64,000 nucleotides of DNA from a virus, in the IMG/VR virus record IMGVR_UViG_3300042465_006864, positions 69,832-133,831 of that record; one strand, 5' to 3'. The translations under genes were made by a program, and so were the position numbers. Of the stretch, positions 28,001 to 37,935 are shown one piece after another. The notes beneath the pieces were generated by a model, which made no database searches, was not told where the DNA came from, and saw nothing but the letters and a program-made list of their open reading frames with translations. Position 1 is the stretch's first letter, and each line of letters starts with the position of its first letter.

Positions 28001-31000
28001 GCTGGAAAGGTAGCTCTTAATAGTTTTGCAAATTTAGAATCTTTATTTGGATCTGGTGAGCAAAATAGACCATTCGATTTCCAAAATCCAGAAGCATTGC
28101 GAAAAGTATTTGGTGTTAATGCTAAAAGGGGTGAAGCTAAGAGAGGTGGAGAGAAAAACTTCGGTTCTTCTAAGCAGGTTCAGGGAATAATTAAAAAAAT
28201 CTTTAATGATTCTGAATATTCATCAAGCGCTATAAAATCTTTGCGTGGTCAAGGTGCGTTTGATTTTTCCAAAGCACAAAAAGCTGCGCAAGAAAAAAAT
28301 GCTGCTGGCGGTTTCATTCCTAATTTTTATGATTATAAATTAAAAAAACAAGGAAAAGATAGTAAACGCGAGATACTTGATAAAATAACAGGCAGCTATT
28401 TAACCTATTCAAAAAATAATGATAACTTAGAGATAAAAACAGCATTTTCCTATAAAAGGGGAGCAATGTTGGGATTGTATAATAATTTAGGAAAAGTAGC
28501 AAAAAAATCTGGAAAAAGTCTATTCTCTCCAATAATTATTCCGCAAAGAGATAGATTAAAATCTTTTAACGAAAATTCAAGCATAGATGAAATATTAAAA
28601 GCAGTATATCCACAATTAGTATATAGAGAAAAAAGCAATTCAAAAAATACAAAATTAAAGTTATACTTAGGAGGAAATGGCATAGACTTGTCAGGAAAAA
28701 ATATTTTCCAGCAAGTTGCTAATTATTTTAAAAATACATCGCCTACATCGCCTAAAGATTTATTAAGTTCTATAGAAGATCGTAAAGTTTCAATTACAAG
28801 CCTTGTAGATACTTTTGCAAATGGATATATTCCAAATTTCGCTAATCCACTTCAAGCGGCATTAGGTCGCGAAATGGCTGCTGGCGTTCCTGCTTCACAA
28901 ATTTATATTGATAAGAATTCTTCGCTAAAAAATGCGGCAAACCCCATGGGCTTGATGGTTGCTAATCGTCGTGACGAACCTGCTGGTGGATTCCAAGGCA
29001 TTAATCGTGCAAGAAGAGAAGGAGCCAATCCAATGATGTATGGTGCTGCTGGTGGGTTTGTGCCGAATTATAACAATCCGTATGGGGCGAGAACAATGTA
29101 TACTCAATCGGCTGCTCCTTCTTTGCCGCCTCTATCAATGAACGCCCAACAAACTGCTTCATCTGGAGCAGCTCAACCAATGGCAGCACTAACAAATTCT
29201 ACTGAAGAAGTTGTAAAAGCAAATAGAGACATGCTCGGAACTATTTTTGCAGTTCAAGCTGGCATGTCTGTATTAACTGGAGCTACAGATGGAGCTACTA
29301 ACGGATTCGCAAAATTTGCTAATAGCTTCGGCACAGTAGCAAGTTCCGTCTCAACTGTTGTTTTTGCTGGACAGGGATTATCTCAAGCTTTTGGTGGTGC
29401 AGAAAAAGGACTTGGTAAAGTCGTTGGAAAATTAGGTATATATGGAGCTGTAGCCGTAGGAGTCTATACTGGATTTCAAGAATTAACAAAATATCTTGAT
29501 TCTACAAATCCAGAAATTCAAAAGGCATCTGAAGCCATGTCAAGAGTTTCAGATGCAGCAAGCAGAGCCGCTGTTAATCTTAACACGTTAAATCCAGCTT
29601 TAAAAGAGCGAGTACAGAAAGAATCAAAAAAATTAATATCTGATGCTAGAAAATATACTACTACTGAGTATGCAACTAGCGGAGGCACAATGGGCGCTTA
29701 CGGTTCTAGCGCTACTAGAGAAGTTATTAGATCTGCTGAATTTGAAGGAGTTAGCGATCAAGTGCAAACTGGTTTTGAAGAGCTTATCGCACAAGCCTCT
29801 GGAGCTGGAATTAGCGATAAAGCCATATTAAAATTGATAGCACCGAGATTTCAAAGCGACAGGAAAATGACAACGAATGAGGTTGAAGAAATTTCGTCAT
29901 CATTAAGTAATTCTATATTAACAATTGCAAAAGAAGGTTCTCCAGAAGCAATTATTAAGAGATTAAGCAAAGAGGATAGGGAAAAATATGCAAGTATGAT
30001 TCCAAAAGACGTAGAAAGTGCTATTGCAAGTAGAGCTGGATCTGATGGAAAAGGTCGATCAGATAACGCATTAGCTGGCTTGCAAGAAGAATTTTATAAC
30101 GCTGGAATTGAGGGAGATATAGCTAGACAAGAATCTATTCGCAAAACAATTGATCTATTAAGAGATCAGAAAAATGCTGAAGAAAATGTTGCAAAAGAAG
30201 CGATTGATCAAATCAAAACATCTATTGCACAAGATAAATTAAGAAACGCTTTAGCCATGTCTATTGCGAAAGCCCGCAGCTTCGGTAATGATATATTAGG
30301 GCAAGAGTTATTAAAAGGTCAAGAGCTTGGAACTCTTGATGAAAAAGCTTTGCGCAATTTACAAGACAAAATAGCATTGCGTGATGTAGATCGAGAGCTT
30401 CAAGATGCAACCTCCAATTTAATACAAGAGCAAATATCACAAGCTAAAAAAATTACAGCAGACTCTGAAAAAGCTCAAGCACTGCAAGAAAAATTAAATT
30501 CTTTAAGCGCTGAAGATCTTCAAAACAGATACGTGGTAAATGAATTATTGAACGAAACTAGCAAATTGCTTGATCAAAATTCTGGACTAACAGATCAACA
30601 AAAGATAGCTCTACAGGCAACATTGGACAAATTATTTGATGAAAATGAATTAAAAAAAGACAATTTACGACTAACCCAAGAACAAACTGGAGAATACAAA
30701 GAACAAGCTCGCCAACTTGATTTAATAAGCCAAGCATCGAAGAGGGCATTAGAAGCTCAATCTTTTAATAGAGAAATTGGAGCGACTAAATCTATTAACG
30801 CTAATGATTTACAAATTCGCGCACTTGAGTCTTCTAAATTAGGAGCTTCAGATTCTCAAATTAGACAAATTGATCAACAGATAGCCGCTATCAAAGCAAA
30901 TACTATTGCGCTAGAACAATCTAATGCAAAAAATAAAATATTCGAAGATATGAAAAGTGAATTGTCTGCTAACAATAAAGTTACAGATGAAAATACAAAA

Positions 31001-33379
31001 CAAGCTTTGGAAAATAAAATTAAAGAAGCCAAAACAATAGATGAATTAAAAAGTTTGGCAGCGGTGATGTTCATGAGCAATAAGGGACAAGATCCACTAT
31101 TGAATCAGAGTCAGATGCAAGATTTTATTCAAAAATATCAAGAACAACTTATAAAACAAGGTATAGAGTCAGAGCAAGCTCTAAAACAAGCACAAGCTGA
31201 TATTAATGATGCTGGAAGAATCGCACCTGTTATTGATGCATTAGAAATGTTTAGACGCTCTCTGCTTGCAACTACACAAATCATTGATCAAAAAATCGAA
31301 GATATTAAGCTTCAACAACTCACTTCCATATCTGGAAAAGAGCTTATTCAAGGTAATTACGATATTGAAACATTAAATCAACAAAGAGGGCAGACCAAAG
31401 AAGAAGCCGCGAGAATAGCTAGACAACGCCAAAACAAAGGATTGGGACAGCTCTTCGCCGAAGAATATACTAAAACAGATGAAGAAAGAGCATTAAACAT
31501 CAATCAAGCAATTGTCGATGGATCTGTCCAATTCAAAAACAATATGATTGAAGGCATCATGGGTGCTGTAGAAGGAACAAGTTCTCTTAAAGATGGTTTG
31601 CGTTCTGCCGCTTATGAATTCGTCAAAATGATCAACCAAAAAATGATGAGCAACTTGGCTGACAAAGTTGTTGGTGGAAATGTTCAGAGTGGAACTGGTC
31701 AAACTAGCGGTGGATTGGCTGGATTTTTCTCTAATATGTTTGCTTCTGGAGGCAAGGTAACTGGTGGCTCTGGATCGAAAGACGATGTTCCAGCAATGCT
31801 TATGGGCGGCGAATATGTTGTCAATAAGAAAGCTGTGTCGAAATATGGTCCAAAATTCTTAGAGGCAATCAACAATGGCACACTCAATGGTTATGCTAAA
31901 GGTGGAAAAGTTCAAAAAGGTCCACAAGGTAACTTCTATGCTCCAGGAACTTTTGGTCAAGGAGCTATCAGCGGCAAAAGAAATCTTTTGGATTTCGCTA
32001 CTCAAACTGGCACATCTGGAAAATTCGATCAAATGATCAACGAGTCAGGCTATCAATCAATTGCTCTTGAGCCTGAGAGTTCGAGACTTTCTGTTTCTGG
32101 AATGAGAAATTCTCCAATGTTTGATGCAACTCAATCAGCCAAAGGACAGGCTTTTGATTTGTATTTACAACAGTATAATGCTGAAAGAGAAGCAAAGAAA
32201 CAAGCGAAAGAGCAGAAGAAAGCCTTGATAAAACAAGTGGGCATGTTGGCTTTGTCTGCTGCATTGGGTCCCGTGATTAATGCGGCTGGCACTGGATTTA
32301 GTGCCGCATTTAAAGGCGCTTCTGGTCAAGGATTTATGAGTCAAGTCGGAGCTGGATTCAAAGGAATTGTTTCAGGTGGTAGCGTAGGAGGTCAACAAGT
32401 TGGAGGTTTATCTAATTTGTTTAGTAGCGCTGGTAAAGCATTCTCTGGTGATTTTGCTGGTGCAGCTAATCAGTTTAAAATGTCTCAAATTGGAAATGGA
32501 AATCAATTGAGTGATCTTTATAAGTCTGATCCGAAATTTGCTTCTTATATTGATCAAAGAGGCGGATTTGACACTTCTGGTGCGTTAAAGGCTATTCCTG
32601 TTTCTGGAATTGGTGGCGGAATTTCTTCTGGCATTGCGAAAGGATCTAGCTCTTTTAGAGCGACAGCTTTTGGAAGACCAGATATTGATGCGACTACAGC
32701 GCAAGAAATAAGAAGTGGTCAATTCAAAAAAATGGGCGGGGATATTAATATAGGATCTGGAGGTATAAGATACGCTGGATTAAGCAGTAATTTACCAACC
32801 GTAGCTGTTCATCCAAGTAGTGGATTTAAAGCTGGCGATAGAATTTCTGTAATAAGCAACTTATTCCCCAATGGTAGAGAGTTTTTGGTAGCTGGTACTG
32901 GACCAGCCCCAGGAAGACTAGATTTCTTTTCAGATAATAAACAAGAGTATAGACAGCTTGCTGGACAAAGAATTCAAAGCGTTACTAAAAGAGCTATTGG
33001 CGGCATGATTCCATCAACATCAGGCATTGACACAGTTCCAGCAATGCTTTCTGGTGGAGAATTCGTCATGAATCGCTCTGCCGTTCAAAGCATTGGCGCA
33101 CCAAATCTTCAATCAATGAATGCTGGTGGAACTTCCATCACTTCAGAAGAGACGAGCAAAGAACTCAACGAAAAACTCTTGGCAAAACTTGATGAACTTA
33201 TTGGAGCATCTGGTTCAACTGGAAACATTACAATAAACGTGGCTCCATCTGGTCAAACCTCTCAAGAAACTTCACAAGATCCATCTGCAAGCCGTCAACA
33301 GCTTGCTCGCCAAATCAAAGACGCAGTATTGCAGATCATCAACGACGAGAAAAGAATTGGAGGCACTCTAAGAAGATAA
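25004..33379 (+). CDS. Tape measure protein (TP901-type) with internal cargo domains and a 3D-like domain
   Basis: ELARQG, TARGGAVIGNAFKTIFSR; DDVPAMLMGGEYVV and DTVPAMLSGGEFVM; SD AAGGAG. Confidence 0.92.
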   Translation: MSQSIQLQVTQVGLEQSIAAAMKRVGSSSQINLGTSSKQINALSQPLGRITGQADEFSKSMAAANARVLAFGASAGIIAGVSSAMSGLLASTIKVEKSLVEISTVLNKTGSELDKFGQDIFNVAKNTGKSFDEVAKGALELARQGLSAEDTLTRLNDALILSRLSGLDATQSVEGLTAAFNSFKKSGITTAEILNKVVAASQKYAVSEKDIIEGLKRSASVANLAGVSFEELAAVITAVQEKTARGGAVIGNAFKTIFSRIQDKTVLSDLDEMGIAVTDLANGEVLPALKILENLAKKMEGFSQIEQADIAKKLGGVYQLDKLLAALSDLSDEASVTTGALNAMEKAGNSAYQKNAVLNQTLAALLNKVAVSAEQLGAKLGEIGVTDNLKNVLGFFNSLLEGIQKILGEESGLGNLVRGLVKGLGSFLAGPGLALFGGIILKLSKDLVQFGFASLKAFFGIGKAAKEVQNVEGAISQILSKNVNLQQQLFALEGNRAAQLRLITGALVEQEALLRRSANISSGLAAPLYNVGARAKSSGLRIGNSAGGYMPAVAQESKSIQKGVGGARAGDKPVVVPNFNFGSGKKGTMVAHTGEYIVPNFNGSGGSAVFNRQMVQSMGLPSGAKKINAAGGLIPNFAKVSEIAKYNPRVATALQKSDLTDKRLNKLDLVNLFNNKYQQEFIPKLPNESANQYEERVTRLLGYNNNDTLKHRGSSAVDGFIKKSNSIKLLEVKSGAWNSYEVLNKFLRALPENYGANNALDIWTGNRDDIKVQATIASPIKKNFAAKQAGLFSRAANGFIPNFAPKFNAETVRKYADEIQKYKDPTKDFYQFPDGTGGYGSQIKNVLSRQQSKAVANKQIKEKKIEDRGFFNLSADSLGGILLVSPRFGKSQGSLDTSMQIGEIPFFNQDKSMSIDKNKYIKLSGIKTTNTPSGRDLKSLRADVNELFSDGIVRLANRLYGETFDPASGGEFSAKLQSLDASKKQQLLPPAAQGDLFEAAGKVALNSFANLESLFGSGEQNRPFDFQNPEALRKVFGVNAKRGEAKRGGEKNFGSSKQVQGIIKKIFNDSEYSSSAIKSLRGQGAFDFSKAQKAAQEKNAAGGFIPNFYDYKLKKQGKDSKREILDKITGSYLTYSKNNDNLEIKTAFSYKRGAMLGLYNNLGKVAKKSGKSLFSPIIIPQRDRLKSFNENSSIDEILKAVYPQLVYREKSNSKNTKLKLYLGGNGIDLSGKNIFQQVANYFKNTSPTSPKDLLSSIEDRKVSITSLVDTFANGYIPNFANPLQAALGREMAAGVPASQIYIDKNSSLKNAANPMGLMVANRRDEPAGGFQGINRARREGANPMMYGAAGGFVPNYNNPYGARTMYTQSAAPSLPPLSMNAQQTASSGAAQPMAALTNSTEEVVKANRDMLGTIFAVQAGMSVLTGATDGATNGFAKFANSFGTVASSVSTVVFAGQGLSQAFGGAEKGLGKVVGKLGIYGAVAVGVYTGFQELTKYLDSTNPEIQKASEAMSRVSDAASRAAVNLNTLNPALKERVQKESKKLISDARKYTTTEYATSGGTMGAYGSSATREVIRSAEFEGVSDQVQTGFEELIAQASGAGISDKAILKLIAPRFQSDRKMTTNEVEEISSSLSNSILTIAKEGSPEAIIKRLSKEDREKYASMIPKDVESAIASRAGSDGKGRSDNALAGLQEEFYNAGIEGDIARQESIRKTIDLLRDQKNAEENVAKEAIDQIKTSIAQDKLRNALAMSIAKARSFGNDILGQELLKGQELGTLDEKALRNLQDKIALRDVDRELQDATSNLIQEQISQAKKITADSEKAQALQEKLNSLSAEDLQNRYVVNELLNETSKLLDQNSGLTDQQKIALQATLDKLFDENELKKDNLRLTQEQTGEYKEQARQLDLISQASKRALEAQSFNREIGATKSINANDLQIRALESSKLGASDSQIRQIDQQIAAIKANTIALEQSNAKNKIFEDMKSELSANNKVTDENTKQALENKIKEAKTIDELKSLAAVMFMSNKGQDPLLNQSQMQDFIQKYQEQLIKQGIESEQALKQAQADINDAGRIAPVIDALEMFRRSLLATTQIIDQKIEDIKLQQLTSISGKELIQGNYDIETLNQQRGQTKEEAARIARQRQNKGLGQLFAEEYTKTDEERALNINQAIVDGSVQFKNNMIEGIMGAVEGTSSLKDGLRSAAYEFVKMINQKMMSNLADKVVGGNVQSGTGQTSGGLAGFFSNMFASGGKVTGGSGSKDDVPAMLMGGEYVVNKKAVSKYGPKFLEAINNGTLNGYAKGGKVQKGPQGNFYAPGTFGQGAISGKRNLLDFATQTGTSGKFDQMINESGYQSIALEPESSRLSVSGMRNSPMFDATQSAKGQAFDLYLQQYNAEREAKKQAKEQKKALIKQVGMLALSAALGPVINAAGTGFSAAFKGASGQGFMSQVGAGFKGIVSGGSVGGQQVGGLSNLFSSAGKAFSGDFAGAANQFKMSQIGNGNQLSDLYKSDPKFASYIDQRGGFDTSGALKAIPVSGIGGGISSGIAKGSSSFRATAFGRPDIDATTAQEIRSGQFKKMGGDINIGSGGIRYAGLSSNLPTVAVHPSSGFKAGDRISVISNLFPNGREFLVAGTGPAPGRLDFFSDNKQEYRQLAGQRIQSVTKRAIGGMIPSTSGIDTVPAMLSGGEFVMNRSAVQSIGAPNLQSMNAGGTSITSEETSKELNEKLLAKLDELIGASGSTGNITINVAPSGQTSQETSQDPSASRQQLARQIKDAVLQIINDEKRIGGTLRR

Positions 33380-33380
33380 T

Positions 33381-34169
33381 ATGTTTGATTTATTAAACAA
33401 CTACGAGAATAAAGTTTTCATCTCTGGGCAAGAACTGCTCGGAGTTGAAAACGTCAACATTTCATATTCTCAATCTACGGCTGTCTCAAGATTTTTGGGA
33501 CTATCTACAGCGCAAACATTAATTGCTGGCGAGACTCAAAAACAAGTGACATTCTCGCGGTATTTGATTTATAGCGATCCAGTCTTGTCACTGACAGGCT
33601 CTTCGCCAACAAGTGGCAGCATCAACTACAATGGTCAAGCTTATGGCTTTAATAGCGGATTCCTGACCGAGTATAGCGTCAATTGCGCTGTAGGAACTGT
33701 GCCGTCAACTAATGCTGCTTTATCTGTTTATGGAGAGATGAGAAGCGGAATCAACCATTCGGGTTCAGTAGCAGCTCCAACAATATACATACCAAACCAA
33801 GGATCAATATCTTTATCATGCGATAACTCAACTACTAATCGTGTAGTTGGTTTCGATTACTCATTAAAAATTAATAGAGAGCCACTTTACAAAATAGGTT
33901 CAATTCTTCCCGCAGAAGTAATCACTGATCGAGTTATTGAGTTTAATGCGTCTGTGCAAATTGATGTAGATGACGCATTCTTGCAAAACGCCAGTGGATT
34001 TTTATCAGGAAGACAGAACAAAACAGTAACTTTTACTGTAAAATCAAAAGACAACACGCAAACAATTCAGCAGCTCACCATACCAAATGCATCATTAATT
34101 GGCGAGACTCTAACATCATCTGCTGATGGCGGCGTAAAATTAACACTTAACTATATTGGTCATTCATGA
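33381..34169 (+). CDS. Tail-tube-like baseplate/tip protein
   Basis: GFLTEYSVNCAVGTVP and INREPLYKIG shared with tail tube. Confidence 0.6.
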   Translation: MFDLLNNYENKVFISGQELLGVENVNISYSQSTAVSRFLGLSTAQTLIAGETQKQVTFSRYLIYSDPVLSLTGSSPTSGSINYNGQAYGFNSGFLTEYSVNCAVGTVPSTNAALSVYGEMRSGINHSGSVAAPTIYIPNQGSISLSCDNSTTNRVVGFDYSLKINREPLYKIGSILPAEVITDRVIEFNASVQIDVDDAFLQNASGFLSGRQNKTVTFTVKSKDNTQTIQQLTIPNASLIGETLTSSADGGVKLTLNYIGHS

Positions 34170-35113
34170 GCAGCTTTTACGATAGAACAACAGGCAACAT
34201 TAGCGGCGTTAGTCCACTAGCTTCATTAAGCTCAGAGTTTCCAGCATACGGATCGAAGGTGGCAATCACTTCGCGAAATAGTTTATATGAAACACAAAAT
34301 GGTTTCTATAACCTGATGCCGATGTCAGTCAATAACTTGAACGCTAAGTTTGATTTGAGATACGATTTACCCGAAAACAAGGCTCAACAGTTGGTGAGAT
34401 TTTTAGAATTAAAAAGTGGTCAAGAGTTTATTGAATTTGATGATCCTTCTGATTTCTATAAAAAGGTAAGTGGCGTTTGCGACAACTATGCTATTAATCA
34501 CATAAATAAGCAACATTATGAGGTTGCATTTTCGCTAGAAGTATTTCAGGCTTCTTCTATTCTTAACTGGTCTGGAATGTCTTATATAAATACCAGTTAT
34601 AAAACTTGGTCTGCCTCTCAATCCTATAAAAAATACGACATACTTTATTCTGGAGTCAATAGCAATAAATTAAACAATTTTTATTACTGCACCGAAGACC
34701 ATATTGCATCCAGCACTTCTTTAGATGGTCCAACAGGTTCTACAGCAAAATGGAGTCAGTCATTCTTTTTCGAGCCAGATGTTGGTGTTCAAAACGATGT
34801 TAAAATGCGCGTTGATACTGTAGATTTCAAAAACTCTTTTATCCAAAAGATCAATTCTTCGCGCAATATTTCTTTAGTCAATTGGCAGTATAAGTTCGAA
34901 AATATTGATGATCAAAAAGCCAAAGCTATCTTCCACTTTTTGGAAAATAAATTCGGCTATAGAAGATTCTATCATACACCTTCTTCTGTTTACAATAGAT
35001 TGAAGGTATACTACTGTCCATCGTGGCAACACACTTGGAACTACAACAATTCACACACACTGGAAGTTGAAATAGTGGAAGACCCACTTGGGATAGTTCC
35101 TAACGATCAATGA
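34166..35113 (+). CDS. Minor/distal tail protein with duplicated domain
   Basis: KAQQLVRFLELKSG and KAKAIFHFLENKFG internal duplication. Confidence 0.6.
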   Translation: MSSFYDRTTGNISGVSPLASLSSEFPAYGSKVAITSRNSLYETQNGFYNLMPMSVNNLNAKFDLRYDLPENKAQQLVRFLELKSGQEFIEFDDPSDFYKKVSGVCDNYAINHINKQHYEVAFSLEVFQASSILNWSGMSYINTSYKTWSASQSYKKYDILYSGVNSNKLNNFYYCTEDHIASSTSLDGPTGSTAKWSQSFFFEPDVGVQNDVKMRVDTVDFKNSFIQKINSSRNISLVNWQYKFENIDDQKAKAIFHFLENKFGYRRFYHTPSSVYNRLKVYYCPSWQHTWNYNNSHTLEVEIVEDPLGIVPNDQ

Positions 35114-36270
35114 GCAAATTTATATTCAAAAGCAATTCAGCAATACTAGCTACATCGCCATCTCCTGCTTGGACTACTACCGAGCAGAGCGGTTATTTTG
35201 TGCCGCTAGTTCAAGGATCAGAGATTTCTGTTTCTGTGGACAGGCAAACATCTAAACAGGTAGGCTCACAACAATATGCAATTGATGATATAGTTCGATC
35301 TCCAGATGTTAATTTTAATGTTAGTTATCTGTTTTCCCCCTATTTCGTTAACGAATATTTATTTGGTATTTATAAAAAAGACAAGGCAACATCTCCAACA
35401 GATCTCAACCAAGATCAAAATTTTTATCTACTTATTAATGATCAAAATGGTAGCGATATATTGCCGAGTTTTACTGGCGTTTCCCCAAGAACTAATTTTA
35501 GTGGAATGACATGCGCTTCAATTGGAAATTGTTTTTTAAATAATTATTCTGTTAGTTTTAGCGTTGGCTCATTACCAACAGTATCATGTTCTTTCGTTGG
35601 ATCGAATGTTCAATTTGTAAACTTGACGGGAAATAATATGGGAATACCAGCGATTAATCTAGCCTCTGGTAATCAAGTTAATTCTGGTTTTGTTAATTTT
35701 TCAAATTTCAAAACTTCTCTTTCGGGTTATTCTCCACAAGTTTCTTCAGATTCGCCAAATGTATATAGATTGCCAGTAACAAAACCAAGCGATGTGCAGC
35801 CAACGCTAAGCAATTTGCAATGCGGTGGCGCAACTTTAATTTCGGGCGCTTTGATACAATCTTTTAATATTGATATTCCTTTCGAAAGGACTAGTCTTTA
35901 TGGATTAGGGAGTAACTATATCTATGGTCGTAAAGCAAATTCTCCTGCTAGAGGATCAGCTTCTATCAGTGCTATTGTTGAGAATTTTAATAGCGGCAAT
36001 TTAGCTTCACTGAATCAATCAGAACAAAAATACGATTTTGAAATAGAAATGTTAAATTCGCAAAATGAAAAACAGAGCTATTTTTTCATTCAAAATGCAA
36101 AAGTTAATTCTATTTCTTATTCATTAAATGTCAATGGATTGATGGAGTTTTCTGCTAGCTACTCTTTTGAGGTAAATGATAATGGCGGATTGGTTATTTC
36201 TCCTTACGTTGCGATAGATAACAATGAATCAATTTGGCAAAACATTGACATAGAATGGAGCCTTTTTTAA
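35110..36270 (+). CDS. Tail-tube-like protein
   Basis: IGNCFLNNYSVSFSVGSLPT and IPFERTSLYGLGS match 19818..20927. Confidence 0.65.
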   Translation: MSKFIFKSNSAILATSPSPAWTTTEQSGYFVPLVQGSEISVSVDRQTSKQVGSQQYAIDDIVRSPDVNFNVSYLFSPYFVNEYLFGIYKKDKATSPTDLNQDQNFYLLINDQNGSDILPSFTGVSPRTNFSGMTCASIGNCFLNNYSVSFSVGSLPTVSCSFVGSNVQFVNLTGNNMGIPAINLASGNQVNSGFVNFSNFKTSLSGYSPQVSSDSPNVYRLPVTKPSDVQPTLSNLQCGGATLISGALIQSFNIDIPFERTSLYGLGSNYIYGRKANSPARGSASISAIVENFNSGNLASLNQSEQKYDFEIEMLNSQNEKQSYFFIQNAKVNSISYSLNVNGLMEFSASYSFEVNDNGGLVISPYVAIDNNESIWQNIDIEWSLF

Positions 36271-36355
36271 CAACGTCTTAAATAAGGTTGGATGAAATTT
36301 TAAATGATAAACCAAATCGCTGAAACTTTATATAAATTAAGTGTAATTATAAAAG

Positions 36356-37231
36356 ATGAGCTTGGGACCATTAGCAATTAAAAATTCTTTTCAGTATCTG
36401 CTGATACAAAGCGGAGCTGCGCGACCGAAATTAGGAGATGGTAGCGCTATAAATTGGAGCTATGGAATCGCAGATGGATCTAGCAATGTTGCAACTGGAA
36501 CATATACTAATGTAGTAGGAGGACTTAGCAATACCGCTAGCGGTAGCTATTCTTTTATAGGCGGAGGCTATGGTAATACAGTTAGTGTAAACAATAGTGT
36601 AGTTGCTGGAGGAGGTTATAATACAGTAAGTGGAAATACTAGCGCAATTGTTGGAGGTGTTTTTAATGATGCTAATGCAAGCTTTTGTTTTGTTGGTGCG
36701 GGTTATGATAATGGAGCCAGTGGAAGCTATAGCTCAGTAGTCGGAGGCAATAATAATAAAGTAACTGGGGCGGCTTCTTTTATAGGAGGTGGTGAACTAA
36801 ATCGTGTTTATGGTGACAGTTCTTCAATTGTCGGCGGCTCTTCACATACAGCAAGTGGGGCGGCATCTTTTGTAGGAGGAGGTATTTCCAATGGCGCTAA
36901 TGGAGATTACAGCGCAATTGTTGGAGGCTCTTTAAATAATATTGACTCAAGCGCAACTTACTCTTCTATCCTTGGTGGACTTCGTTCAATAATAAGCTCT
37001 GGGCATTCTGGGGCAACAGTCATTTCTGATGGACAAAATCGAGATCATACATCTAAAGGTCCAAATACATGCTCTTTAGATTTTGCTAGTGGAGTTTATT
37101 TAAGGCTTCCTGCGTTCACAGGCTCCAGCTCTCAAGCTGGAAATTCTGGAGAATTAAAAATAAGTGGCGCATTTCTTTATATAGCAACAGGCAGTAATTT
37201 GTGGGGGAGAATGCCAATATCAACATTCTAA
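36356..37231 (+). CDS. Gly-rich beta-roll tail fibre/adhesin
   Basis: About 11 15-aa repeats S(F/A)(I/V)xGGxxN. Confidence 0.7.
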   Translation: MSLGPLAIKNSFQYLLIQSGAARPKLGDGSAINWSYGIADGSSNVATGTYTNVVGGLSNTASGSYSFIGGGYGNTVSVNNSVVAGGGYNTVSGNTSAIVGGVFNDANASFCFVGAGYDNGASGSYSSVVGGNNNKVTGAASFIGGGELNRVYGDSSSIVGGSSHTASGAASFVGGGISNGANGDYSAIVGGSLNNIDSSATYSSILGGLRSIISSGHSGATVISDGQNRDHTSKGPNTCSLDFASGVYLRLPAFTGSSSQAGNSGELKISGAFLYIATGSNLWGRMPISTF

Positions 37232-37238
37232 TAAAAAT

Positions 37239-37529
37239 ATGATACTAAATAACAGTCAACCAATCGTAATTCAAGCTGTAGAAGAAAAACAATTTCCTCA
37301 TTTATGGCTCAAGAATATCCATATTAATAGCGACTCTACAAGCGAGGGGACTATTATGATCGAGTGCGCTCCTTATAATGCCGAAACTAAAGAAGTCGGA
37401 CACGGGAACGTAAAGAGAATATTCGTTAGAGACTTATGGGAAGCTGTCAAAAACATCCCAGAAGCTGCTATAGCTATGGAGGCGATTATTGCGGCGATTG
37501 AGCCTATCGAAGCTTGGAATCAAAAATAA
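37239..37529 (+). CDS. Small fibre-associated protein
   Basis: 96-aa ORF after the fibre gene. Confidence 0.55.
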   Translation: MILNNSQPIVIQAVEEKQFPHLWLKNIHINSDSTSEGTIMIECAPYNAETKEVGHGNVKRIFVRDLWEAVKNIPEAAIAMEAIIAAIEPIEAWNQK

Positions 37530-37542
37530 GATTCAGGCTAAT

Positions 37543-37935
37543 TTATTTTCCAAAATCGACTTGGATATTCTTACTTTCAAATGATTTCATTTGATCGGGA
37601 TGTTTTGCTCCTCTGCGTTTTTCAGAGTAGTCTTTAAAGTATTTTTCTTTTACTGGGTCAACGCCGCCAGCCATCTCTGCGCGTTGATGACTAAGCTCCG
37701 CGCTTTTGTCTAACAGGTCTCCGTATGTTCCCTTTTTGCCGCCAGTTTTTCGAGTAAAGTCTTCGGATTTGAATGGATCAATTTTTGAATCAATAGATGC
37801 ATGTGGAACAGTGAATACTCTTTTCCAAGTAGCTTCGTCTCCATCCTCCCCAAAATATTCGTGGACATCGCTCATTTTTTGAACAATGTCCCGATATTCT
37901 TCCGTTTCAGAATTAAAATAAGTATAAATTGGCAT
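37543..37935 (-). CDS. FmdB-like protein (Cys-less)
   Basis: MPIYTY...WKRVFTVP pattern. Confidence 0.55.
   Translation of the reverse strand: MPIYTYFNSETEEYRDIVQKMSDVHEYFGEDGDEATWKRVFTVPHASIDSKIDPFKSEDFTRKTGGKKGTYGDLLDKSAELSHQRAEMAGGVDPVKEKYFKDYSEKRRGAKHPDQMKSFESKNIQVDFGK

Noticed and set aside
36356-37231. GGxxN repeats as a novel repeat system or DGR target
   Set aside because: Ordinary beta-roll fibre repeats; no reverse transcriptase or TR/VR pair in the window.
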